From contig OY730440.1 of NCBI GenBank assembly GCA_963422655.1, positions 2,041,442 to 2,105,441 of the forward strand: a DNA stretch of 64,000 bases. Reading direction: 5' to 3'. Positions 55,881 through 63,972 of this stretch are shown here, in pieces. The notes beneath the pieces were generated by a model, which saw nothing but the letters and a program-made list of their open reading frames with translations, ran no database searches and was not told the origin of the DNA. Origin of the DNA: Acidimicrobiales bacterium. GTDB taxonomy: Bacteria > Actinomycetota > Acidimicrobiia > Acidimicrobiales > Aldehydirespiratoraceae. Every line of letters begins with the position of its first letter. Position 1 is the stretch's first letter. Both the position numbers and the translations under genes were made by a program.

Positions 55881-57007
55881 GCCAGAATCGGCGCCACCTT
55901 GCCGAGGCTAATCGTCAAGGTCGTCTCGAGGCTGAGCGTCTCCGCAACCGGTTGGGGCTCAACACCCAGACCTGGATCGATGTTTTTGAAATCATCGAAT
56001 CGCAGCCCAATCTGGAATTACTCTTTCGCCCTCTCAAAAAACTGTACGGCTTTTACTTGCAACGCCAAGGGTCGTCGGGGATTGTGATCAATGCTGATCA
56101 CCCATCAGCCTTGAGGAGGTTTACCGCGGCGCACGAACTCGGTCACCACGTTCTGAGCCATGGAGAATCAGTCGATCTGAGCCATGGAGAATCAGTCGAT
56201 CTGAGCCATGGAGAATCAGTCGATGAGAATGGACACATAAATACCCCTCTCGGGATCGATGACGAGGGGGTCGACGGCATAGTCAGTGCTCGTTCAATCC
56301 AGAACGCAGGAAACCTCGTCAAAGAAGCCGCTGCCCAGGGGTTCGCTGGCTCGTTCTTGATGCCGTTGGCGCCGGTGAACCGGTATCTACGCGATCACAC
56401 CGGATCCACACGAGGAGGCATACTCCCCGCCGATCAGGTCTATAAGTTGGCTGTGGAGTTCGGGGCGAGCTTTGGCGCGACATGCACACAACTGGCTGCG
56501 CTGAATAAGATCGACTGGGAATACCGCGCCCAGTTACTTCAAGCCGGTGCTCTCAAAGTTGCAACTGATATCGGTTACGGAACTTCGCCCCGCCACCGCC
56601 GAGCTGATGTGGTGGTGGGTGATCACTTGCACGGCGCTCAAGTGATGGAACATGACGCAGAATTGGTCGTAGAGATTGTCGAAACACCAACGACGGGGTG
56701 TGTTTGGACGCTCGACGAAATTCCGAGGCAGCTTGAAGTCATCGCCGACAGCGTAGTCGCGGATGAACATGACGGGGAGCGGCTGGGTGGGAGCCAGACC
56801 CGCCATATACGTTTTGGCGTTGTCAAGCCTGGCGATGCAGTGGTGCGATTCGGATTGAGGGCGGCGTGGCAACCGGAATCCGAACCTCTGCAATCGCGCG
56901 TCGTGGAGGTCTCGGTACGTGAGCCTGTGTTCAATTCTGGCTGTTCATTGAGTCGTAGGACGCTTCGCCGGAGAGTGGCGATGGTCCATGCGATGTCGGT
57001 GATGTGA
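55871..57007 (+). CDS. ImmA/IrrE-family zinc metallopeptidase fused to a C-terminal chagasin-like (I42) cysteine-peptidase inhibitor domain
   Basis: HExxH site FTAAHELGHHVL. The C-terminal 110 aa parallel chagasin: ETPTTGCVW (NPTTGFAW), RLGGSQTRHIRFGVVKPGDAVVRFGLRAAW (LLGAGGTEHFHVTVKAAGTHAVNLTYMRPW). 10-nt overlap with the XRE gene. Confidence 0.7.
   Translation: MAVSQNRRHLAEANRQGRLEAERLRNRLGLNTQTWIDVFEIIESQPNLELLFRPLKKLYGFYLQRQGSSGIVINADHPSALRRFTAAHELGHHVLSHGESVDLSHGESVDLSHGESVDENGHINTPLGIDDEGVDGIVSARSIQNAGNLVKEAAAQGFAGSFLMPLAPVNRYLRDHTGSTRGGILPADQVYKLAVEFGASFGATCTQLAALNKIDWEYRAQLLQAGALKVATDIGYGTSPRHRRADVVVGDHLHGAQVMEHDAELVVEIVETPTTGCVWTLDEIPRQLEVIADSVVADEHDGERLGGSQTRHIRFGVVKPGDAVVRFGLRAAWQPESEPLQSRVVEVSVREPVFNSGCSLSRRTLRRRVAMVHAMSVM
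56153..56224 (+). repeat. Perfect 3 x 24-nt in-frame tandem repeat (ctgagccatggagaatcagtcgat) encoding LSHGESVD x3
   Basis: Read directly. It starts 2 codons after the HELGH motif. Confidence 0.95.
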
Positions 57008-57681
57008 CCGAACGAGTGTTGAATTTAGCACGGTCACTGCCGCCGGTACGTTCGCAGGGCCAGCGTGGTACATGCGTGGCGTTTGTTCTCACGTGTGGAC
57101 ATGAACGGGCGCTTTACCAGGGACCGAACGGCGAGCCTCTCAGCGAACAAGCACTGCATTGGGCCACGAAACAAATCGACCAACAGCCAGGTGACGCAAC
57201 AACTCTCTCTTGCGGAGCCCAGGCCTTGGCTTCGTCTGGACAACCACTCTCGTCGGTTTGGCCCTACGAGCCCAGCATTGATCCGGGACCTCCTCCTCCA
57301 GACTGTTTCGACACCGTCTGGTCCGCGGAAGCTGAGCCTGTCGGCGAGACTGGAGTGGCAGCACTTCGCGATATGTTGAGCAACTCACTTATCGTCTGCA
57401 CCGGGATCCCACTTTGGCCGGAGTTCACGGCAGCGACAGGTACTGCTTCAGCGATCATCCCCGTCACTCCTTTCGCTCAGACACAGAAGCCATCTCATGC
57501 GATAGCGCTTGTGGGTCACGATCCGATGCGAGGGGCCGTACTGGTTCGCAATTCGTGGGGTGAGAGTTGGGGCACTAACGGCTATTGTTGGGTAGAGGAC
57601 CAGCTCGTTGCCTGCTGCACATTGATGTGGGCGGTGATACAGGTCGTTCAAAGCCATGAGAAGCGATATGGATCTGAGTGA
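57004..57681 (+). CDS. Papain-family (C1) cysteine peptidase, no signal peptide
   Basis: VRSQGQRGTCVAFV (Gln/Cys), PSHAIALVGHD (His), VLVRNSWGESWGTNGYCWV (Asn/Trp). The GTG start overlaps the upstream stop (GTGA). Confidence 0.8.
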   Translation: MTERVLNLARSLPPVRSQGQRGTCVAFVLTCGHERALYQGPNGEPLSEQALHWATKQIDQQPGDATTLSCGAQALASSGQPLSSVWPYEPSIDPGPPPPDCFDTVWSAEAEPVGETGVAALRDMLSNSLIVCTGIPLWPEFTAATGTASAIIPVTPFAQTQKPSHAIALVGHDPMRGAVLVRNSWGESWGTNGYCWVEDQLVACCTLMWAVIQVVQSHEKRYGSE

Positions 57682-58618
57682 ATATCAACTGAAAGCGCAA
57701 GCCACCGACCAGCGGCTCCCCATGCCTGATGGTAATGAAGAGCCTCTTGATGACGACCACATTGTAGTTCCGTTGCTCGGACTGGTGGGTGAGGTGGGTG
57801 CGCTGCATACCGAGTACAAGAAGCTGCTGCGTGACGGAAGTGCCTACAGCGGCTTCGAACGCCACCTCGACGAAGAACTCGGTGATATCTTGTGGTATGT
57901 CGCTAACCTGGCATCAAAGTTCGGCCGCGATCTAAATGCCATCGCTAAAGAGAATCTTGCCAAAGTTCGCGATCGATTCCCCTCTGAAGATGCAGTTGAT
58001 AACTTTCAGTTTCCTGATCAAGACTTTCCACGCGAGCAGCAACTTCCACGTGAATTTGAGGTGTTCTTTCACACCGAAAGGCCATCAATTGATGGGCAGC
58101 CTCCGAAGGTTCAGTGTTACTGGAACGATGCCAAGTTCGGGAACGAGCTCGACGATAACGCCGTTGATGATAACGGGTACCGTTATCATGACGCATTCCA
58201 TCTCGCCTACGTTGTCTATCTCGGATGGTCACCAGTACTGCGGAAGTGGTTCGCCAGAAAACGCGACGAAACAACTCACCGTATTAGAGATGGTGGCCGG
58301 GCCAAGGTATACGAAGAAGCCATCGCAGTGCTTGTCTACAGCCACGCGTCCGAAGTGGGGTGGTTTGCTAAACCAAACCAGGAAGTTGACTTCTCCGTCC
58401 TGAAACTCATAAAGCAACTGACAGATGGTCTCGAGGAACTCAGGAATGTGACGTTGCACCGTTGGGCGGAGGCGATCAAAGCCGGATTTGCAGTCTGGAA
58501 TCAGCTCCGTGCGAATACCGGTGGTGTAGTGGTTGGAGATGCCACAGTGCCGAAGCTTGAGTATCGGCCATTGCCGTCTGACTGGCATCCGCCCTTGAAT
58601 GCCCATTTCGAGCCGTAG
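57656..58618 (+). CDS. MazG-like all-alpha NTP pyrophosphohydrolase with a 200-aa C-terminal extension of unknown function
   Basis: LLGLVGEVGALHTEYKKLLRDG ... DEELGDILWYVANLASKFGRDLNAIAKENLAKVRDRF (EExxE/D metal motifs). Overlaps the peptidase gene. An alternative start is ATG 57668. Confidence 0.65.
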   Translation: MRSDMDLSEYQLKAQATDQRLPMPDGNEEPLDDDHIVVPLLGLVGEVGALHTEYKKLLRDGSAYSGFERHLDEELGDILWYVANLASKFGRDLNAIAKENLAKVRDRFPSEDAVDNFQFPDQDFPREQQLPREFEVFFHTERPSIDGQPPKVQCYWNDAKFGNELDDNAVDDNGYRYHDAFHLAYVVYLGWSPVLRKWFARKRDETTHRIRDGGRAKVYEEAIAVLVYSHASEVGWFAKPNQEVDFSVLKLIKQLTDGLEELRNVTLHRWAEAIKAGFAVWNQLRANTGGVVVGDATVPKLEYRPLPSDWHPPLNAHFEP

Positions 58619-59690
58619 AGGGCAGAGGATCGACGGTCCACAACCTGAGGGTATCCGACTGACACACCGTGGGTTCGTTCGCAGTCATTGGTAGATTCCA
58701 TTTGGGTGGGTAGCCCAACACGAGAGGCTCAGACTTTGGTACGAAGGATTGCTTGATACGGCGTGGACCGCCAGTGTCAATTTCGGGATGTGCAACTCGC
58801 GCGTATTTGTCCACCTCACAGAACAGGTTCTGGATATCGATCAGGTGCAGTTGCCGGCCCCACAGGTCCTTGAAGTTTTTATCAGCTAGATACGGGGATG
58901 CCTCGTCTGCCATCGCAGCGATGAGATCGTGGGGATCAAGGCTACCGGTATCAGTGAAGCATTTCTGGATACCGCGTAGCGCACCTGGGCCAGCAACGAC
59001 GAAGTCCATTTCGTCGAAATCGAAGTGGGGGCTGTAGTTGAGATCGATAGCATATTGAAACGCCAGAAACGGACCGAAGGATGGAATGCAGGTCAGTTGC
59101 TCGTAGAGATCTTTGAGGGTCCTGGCCTGCGTTAGTTGCCGTAGAGTGCCTTCTCGTACGAGATGTGCGAGAAGCGCAAGATGGTTCCGGTGCTTTCGGT
59201 TCTCGCCCATGGTCGGCGAAGGCATGATGTATGCGGCTGAGTAAATACGATTGCCAGCCTTGAGGCGCCGGTCGAGGGCTCTGCTGTACCATCCTGGATC
59301 AAAAGTTGCGAGAGTCGGCTGGCCGACCGTTTCAACCAGGTAGTTCCAAGTTTCGATACGGTTGAATATCTTGAACAACAGAACTCGAAAGACCGTGTCG
59401 TCAGCGTCACGCTCATCGTCGTAGATGACGTGTTGCAGGAGGTATTGACTCACTCGATCAGAAGCACGGTACGCGTTCGTAAACCGATAGTTCGCAAGTA
59501 CGGGGTCGTTGGTCCATGGCCTTGGAAGGCCAGACACACGCCGGTTGAACATTGCTTGGCGTTCGGCAGCCAGATACCAGTAGCTCCAGAACACCTCGGT
59601 TACGGCCACCTGACGGTCCCGCAGACGGATCCGTGGAGGACGGTCCGATTGGCTCAGACGAGGCATGGCACCGGGATGATCTTGGCACAA
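58476..59690 (-). CDS. Protein resembling the phage thymidine-hypermodification family (5-hmdU DNA kinase helical / aGPT-pyrophosphorylase-like, often annotated as nucleotide kinase domain-containing protein)
   Basis: N-terminal pattern FWSYWYLAAERQAMFNRRVSGLPRPWTNDPVLANYRFTNAYRASDRVSQYLL, recalled from that family. Not verified by search. The 3' 143 nt overlap the convergent MazG-like gene. Confidence 0.45.
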   Translation of the reverse strand: MCQDHPGAMPRLSQSDRPPRIRLRDRQVAVTEVFWSYWYLAAERQAMFNRRVSGLPRPWTNDPVLANYRFTNAYRASDRVSQYLLQHVIYDDERDADDTVFRVLLFKIFNRIETWNYLVETVGQPTLATFDPGWYSRALDRRLKAGNRIYSAAYIMPSPTMGENRKHRNHLALLAHLVREGTLRQLTQARTLKDLYEQLTCIPSFGPFLAFQYAIDLNYSPHFDFDEMDFVVAGPGALRGIQKCFTDTGSLDPHDLIAAMADEASPYLADKNFKDLWGRQLHLIDIQNLFCEVDKYARVAHPEIDTGGPRRIKQSFVPKSEPLVLGYPPKWNLPMTANEPTVCQSDTLRLWTVDPLPSTARNGHSRADASQTAMADTQASALWHLQPLHHRYSHGADSRLQIRL

Positions 59691-59785
59691 GAACAGACGC
59701 GATGCAGAACCGGGCCACTAGTTCAGCCGTAAGCGCCGGTACGGGCCGCTGCCAGGAGCCGATCAGACCAACGAGTGCCAGACTA

Positions 59786-62665
59786 ATGGCCATGGCTGAT
59801 GAGCCTTCGGACTATCTCGCTCCCGAGCAGCATGCGCGCATGAAGATCGACGCCCAACTCAAGGCGTGCGGATGGGTGGTGCAGGACTACCGGCATGGCG
59901 CTGTGAGTGCCGCGCCCGGTGTCGCCGTGCGTGAGGTGCCCACTGGGGCTGGCCCCGCCGATTACGTGCTGTTCGTGGACGCCCAGGCGGTGGGGGTGAT
60001 CGAAGCCAAGAAGCGGGGCACGACGCTCACCGGCGTGGAACGCCAGACGCACAGATACCGGGCAGCCTTTCCCGATGAGCTGCCAGCTTTTTTCGTTGAG
60101 GGGGCTCTGCCCTTCGGCTACGAATCAACCGGCACCGAGACCCGGTTCACCTGCGGGCTCGATCCGGAGCCGACGTCACGGCGAGTGTTCACGTTTCATC
60201 GACCCAAAACGCTCGCCCGCTGGCACGATGATCACATCCGTCTAGGCGGCCACGCCACCTCCAGGACCAGCTTCCGGGCCGGGCTGGGTCTTCTGCCCGA
60301 TCTGGATCCGGCTGGGCTCTGGGCAGCCCAAGCCGAAGCCATCCGGAATCTCGAGCGGTCGTTGAAAGCGAACCGGGCCCGGGCTTTGATCCAAATGGCG
60401 ACCGGCTCGGGTAAGACTTTCACAGTCGCCAACATCTCGTACCGGCTCCTTCGCCACGCCGGTGCACGCAGGATTCTGTTTCTGGTGGACCGGGCCAACC
60501 TGGCCACACAAACGATCCGTGAGCTCGAGGGTTTCGCCACCCCCGACGACGGCCGTAAGTTCACCGAGCTCTACAACGCCCGCCAGCTCACCTCCTCGGG
60601 GCTCGACATGGTTGACGAGGCAGCCACCAAAGTGCATGTGGCGACCATTCAGCGGATCTACTCGATCTTGCGGGGCGAGGACCTTAGCGACGATCTCGAC
60701 GAACGGTCGGCTTTCGACATGGCCCCCGAACGCCCCGTGGAAGTGCTCTACAACCCGGCTGTACCCATCGAGAGCTACGACGTGATCATCATCGACGAAT
60801 GCCACCGGTCGATCTATGGGGTATGGCGCCAGGTGCTGGAGTATTTTGACGCCTTCCTCATCGGGCTTACGGCCACGCCGGGCAAGCAGACATTCGGTTT
60901 CTTCGACCAGAACCTGGTGATGGAGTACGGCCACGAACAGGCCGTTGCCGACCGGGTGAACGTCGACTTCGATGTGTTTCGCATTCGTACCGAGATCTCC
61001 GAGTCCGGCAGCACCGTTGATGCCGGGTTGGTCACCGAGTTCCGTGACCGGGAGACCCGCAAGCAGCGCTTCGAACGTATCGACACCGACTTGGACTACG
61101 AGGCCTCCGACCTCGACCGTAAGGTGGTGGCTCCCGATCAGATCCGCACAATCGTTAGCGCTTTGCGCGACTCGCTGCCGAAAATGTTTCCGGATCGCAT
61201 CGTGGGAGACAACGGGCGGCTCGAACACATACCCAAGACGTTGATATACGCCAAAGACGACAGCCATGCCGACGACATCGTGCAGATCGTCCGTGAAGAG
61301 TTCGGCCTGTCGAGTTTGGGTGCGGTGAAGATCACCTACAAGACGTTCGAGTCCGGTCACAAACCCGAGGAGCTGCTTCAACAGTTCCGAACCGGCTACG
61401 AGACTCGGGTCGCGGTCACGGTTGACATGATCGCCACCGGCACCGATGTGCGGCCCATTGAGTGTGTCGTGTTCATGCGGATGGTGCGCAGCCGCACCTT
61501 CTTTGAGCAGATGAAGGGTCGTGGAGTGCGAGTGATGAGCTCCGAAGACCTGCGCGGTGTCACTCCTGACGCCACCGCCAAAGACCATTTCGTGATCGTT
61601 GATGCGGTCGGCGTTACCGAAACCATGCTGGCCGACACAGTTCCGCTGGAGCGCTGCCATAGCGTCGGGTTCGACCGGCTTCTCAACCAGATCGGCCTCG
61701 GCAGTACCGACGAAGATGTCGTCTCATCGGTGGCGTCCCGGCTGGCCCGACTCGACAAGCGCATCACCGGACCGGACCGAGCCGAGCTCGAAGAAGTGGC
61801 AGGCATCAGTCTCGGTGAGCTGTCTCACCAACTCGTCGATGCCCTTGACCCTGATCGGCATCACGCCGAGGCTATAAAGGTCTGTGGCACTGATATGCCT
61901 ACTGGCGCCGAAGTCGCGGCGGCCCGTAAACGACTAGTGAAAGCAGCGCTGGCGCCCATCGCGGGTAACTCTGCGTGTCGTGAGAAGCTGGTCGAGATTC
62001 GTCGTAGCTACGAACAGGTCATCGACGCCGCCTCCAAGGACCGGGTCATATCAGGCCGATTCTCCAGGGACGCCACCGACCGGGCCCGCGGCATCGTCGA
62101 TTCCTTCCGCCAGTACATAGAAGACAACAAGGACGAGATCACCGCTCTTCAGGTTCTCTACAGCCAGCCCTATAGCGGTGGGCTCAGCTTCGCTGACATC
62201 CGGGAGTTGGCGAACTCGATCAAACGGTCACCTCGCAACTGGACCACCGAGGACCTCTGGGAGGCTTACGAGACTCTTGACGCCAGCAAGGTTCGGGGGT
62301 CGGGTCATCGAGTCAACACCGATCTCGTCAGCCTGGTTCGTTACGCGTTGGGCAGCGCTGATGAGCTTGTCTCTTACCCTGATCTCGTAGACGAGCGCTT
62401 TGACGCGTGGCTGTTGCAGCAGACCCAATCCCCCCCCCCCCCCCCCCCCCCCGGAAGCGAAAGACTCGGGGGAGGGCTTTCCAGTGAACAGATTGACTAT
62501 CTCCGCCTAGTCAAGGATCACATCGCCGCAAGTCTCGGGATCGAGGCTCGCGATTTACAGAACCTGCCGTTCAGTCAGCACGGTGGACTAGGCCGAGCCC
62601 GCCAGCTCTTCGGCCGCGGTCTTGAACAATTACTAGACGAGCTCACTCAGGCGCTGGCCGCATGA
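59786..62665 (+). CDS. hsdR: Type I restriction enzyme R subunit
   Basis: N-terminal PD-(D/E)xK nuclease ADYVLF...VIEAKK. Helicase motifs IQMATGSGKT, IIIDECHRS, LTATP, TVDMIATGTDV. C-terminal EcoEI_R_C-like domain after the poly-Pro. Start taken at ATG 59786; the ORF is open from 59552. Confidence 0.9.
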   Translation: MAMADEPSDYLAPEQHARMKIDAQLKACGWVVQDYRHGAVSAAPGVAVREVPTGAGPADYVLFVDAQAVGVIEAKKRGTTLTGVERQTHRYRAAFPDELPAFFVEGALPFGYESTGTETRFTCGLDPEPTSRRVFTFHRPKTLARWHDDHIRLGGHATSRTSFRAGLGLLPDLDPAGLWAAQAEAIRNLERSLKANRARALIQMATGSGKTFTVANISYRLLRHAGARRILFLVDRANLATQTIRELEGFATPDDGRKFTELYNARQLTSSGLDMVDEAATKVHVATIQRIYSILRGEDLSDDLDERSAFDMAPERPVEVLYNPAVPIESYDVIIIDECHRSIYGVWRQVLEYFDAFLIGLTATPGKQTFGFFDQNLVMEYGHEQAVADRVNVDFDVFRIRTEISESGSTVDAGLVTEFRDRETRKQRFERIDTDLDYEASDLDRKVVAPDQIRTIVSALRDSLPKMFPDRIVGDNGRLEHIPKTLIYAKDDSHADDIVQIVREEFGLSSLGAVKITYKTFESGHKPEELLQQFRTGYETRVAVTVDMIATGTDVRPIECVVFMRMVRSRTFFEQMKGRGVRVMSSEDLRGVTPDATAKDHFVIVDAVGVTETMLADTVPLERCHSVGFDRLLNQIGLGSTDEDVVSSVASRLARLDKRITGPDRAELEEVAGISLGELSHQLVDALDPDRHHAEAIKVCGTDMPTGAEVAAARKRLVKAALAPIAGNSACREKLVEIRRSYEQVIDAASKDRVISGRFSRDATDRARGIVDSFRQYIEDNKDEITALQVLYSQPYSGGLSFADIRELANSIKRSPRNWTTEDLWEAYETLDASKVRGSGHRVNTDLVSLVRYALGSADELVSYPDLVDERFDAWLLQQTQSPPPPPPPGSERLGGGLSSEQIDYLRLVKDHIAASLGIEARDLQNLPFSQHGGLGRARQLFGRGLEQLLDELTQALAA
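62430..62452 (+). repeat. 23-nt poly-C homopolymer inside hsdR (encodes S-P7)
   Basis: Counted directly: c at 62430 plus cccccccccc cccccccccc cc. Confidence 0.95.
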
Positions 62666-63972
62666 GTGAAGATCTTCCACCAGGCTGGGCGTGGGCCGAA
62701 TTGGGTTGCATAGCCGACACGCAGCTTGGAAAGACATTGAATCGTTCCAAACAGACGGGTGAAGCGACTACCCCTTACCTACGGAACCTCAACATCAGAT
62801 GGGGGAGCTTTGATCTCAATGCTGTCAACAGGATGGATATCTTTCCTGAGGAATCTGAACAATTTACAGTTCAAAATGGTGATCTGCTTCTGACTGAGGG
62901 TGGTGAACCAGGCCGGTGTGCAGTGTGGCGGCTCGAGGAGAGATTCGGGTTTCAGAATGCCCTACACCGAATTCGTCCCGCTGGTCGTATTCGCCCTGAA
63001 TTTCTCCAATGTCAGTTTGAATGGCTGACCAAGACAGGACAATTAGCTCACCTCTTTTCAGGTGTCACGATCAAGCATTTTTCTCAGTCAAAACTGCGAT
63101 CAGTCAAGATCCGACTTCCGCCGCTTGCGGAGCAGGGGCGGATTGTTCCTGCTATCGAAGAGCACTTCTCACGGCTCGACGCCGCAGAAACGGCTGCTCA
63201 GACCGCTCTCACCAAGCTGGACATGCTCCGGCGAGCGGTGCTAGCCGCCGCCTTCTCCGGCCGCCACACCGACGACTGGAAGTGGGCCGAATTGGGTGAG
63301 ATTTGCACGGAGATTAAGGGACAGATCTCCCCCAAATCCGGATCCATCTACGATCTATATAGCGTCCCAGCATTCCCAACCGGGCTTCCCGAACGAATTG
63401 ATGGTGACGAGATCAAGAGTGGAAAGCGTGAAATCCAGCCGGGCAATCTTCTGATCTGTAAGATTAACCCTCGCATCAACCGTGTTTGGATAGTCGGTGA
63501 CTCCGAAGGACTACCTCAGATTGCTTCAACGGAGTATCTAGTTATCCGCCCGCATGAACCCAATGTAGGTGCCTTCATTCGATGGTATCTATCGTCTCCA
63601 TCGTTCAGGAAATGGATCGTACTATCGGTGGAGGGTGTCACTGGCTCTCACACACGAGCCAAATCTAGGCTCATCCTTAAGCAGCCAATTCCCCTTCCGC
63701 CGCTTGCGGAGCAACAGCGGATTGTTGCTGCTATCGAAGAGCACTTTTCCCGAATAGATGCCGCCGAGTCAGCCTTGCAGAAGCTGCTCGAAAAGGTAGC
63801 GGATTTGCGTCGGTCGATACTCGCTGCTGCGTTCTCGGGCCAGCTCGTTCCCCAAGATCCCGACGACGAGCCAGCGTCGGTCCTACTCGAACGAATCGTT
63901 GCTGAGCGGCCGAAGCGTCGCACCCGGCGAGCCGCACCCGCCGCCTCATTCGGCGCAAGGAAGCAGTCATGA
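62662..63972 (+). CDS. hsdS: Type I restriction-modification specificity subunit
   Basis: Two target-recognition domains separated by, and followed by, conserved helices LPPLAEQGRIVPAIEEHFSRLDAAE... and LPPLAEQQRIVAAIEEHFSRIDAAE.... ATGA overlap with hsdR. Confidence 0.9.
   Translation: MSEDLPPGWAWAELGCIADTQLGKTLNRSKQTGEATTPYLRNLNIRWGSFDLNAVNRMDIFPEESEQFTVQNGDLLLTEGGEPGRCAVWRLEERFGFQNALHRIRPAGRIRPEFLQCQFEWLTKTGQLAHLFSGVTIKHFSQSKLRSVKIRLPPLAEQGRIVPAIEEHFSRLDAAETAAQTALTKLDMLRRAVLAAAFSGRHTDDWKWAELGEICTEIKGQISPKSGSIYDLYSVPAFPTGLPERIDGDEIKSGKREIQPGNLLICKINPRINRVWIVGDSEGLPQIASTEYLVIRPHEPNVGAFIRWYLSSPSFRKWIVLSVEGVTGSHTRAKSRLILKQPIPLPPLAEQQRIVAAIEEHFSRIDAAESALQKLLEKVADLRRSILAAAFSGQLVPQDPDDEPASVLLERIVAERPKRRTRRAAPAASFGARKQS

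Noticed and set aside
60242-61660. 472-aa minus-strand ORF inside hsdR
   Set aside because: It is antisense to the helicase core of hsdR (motifs I-VI are readable on the plus strand). No motif of its own.
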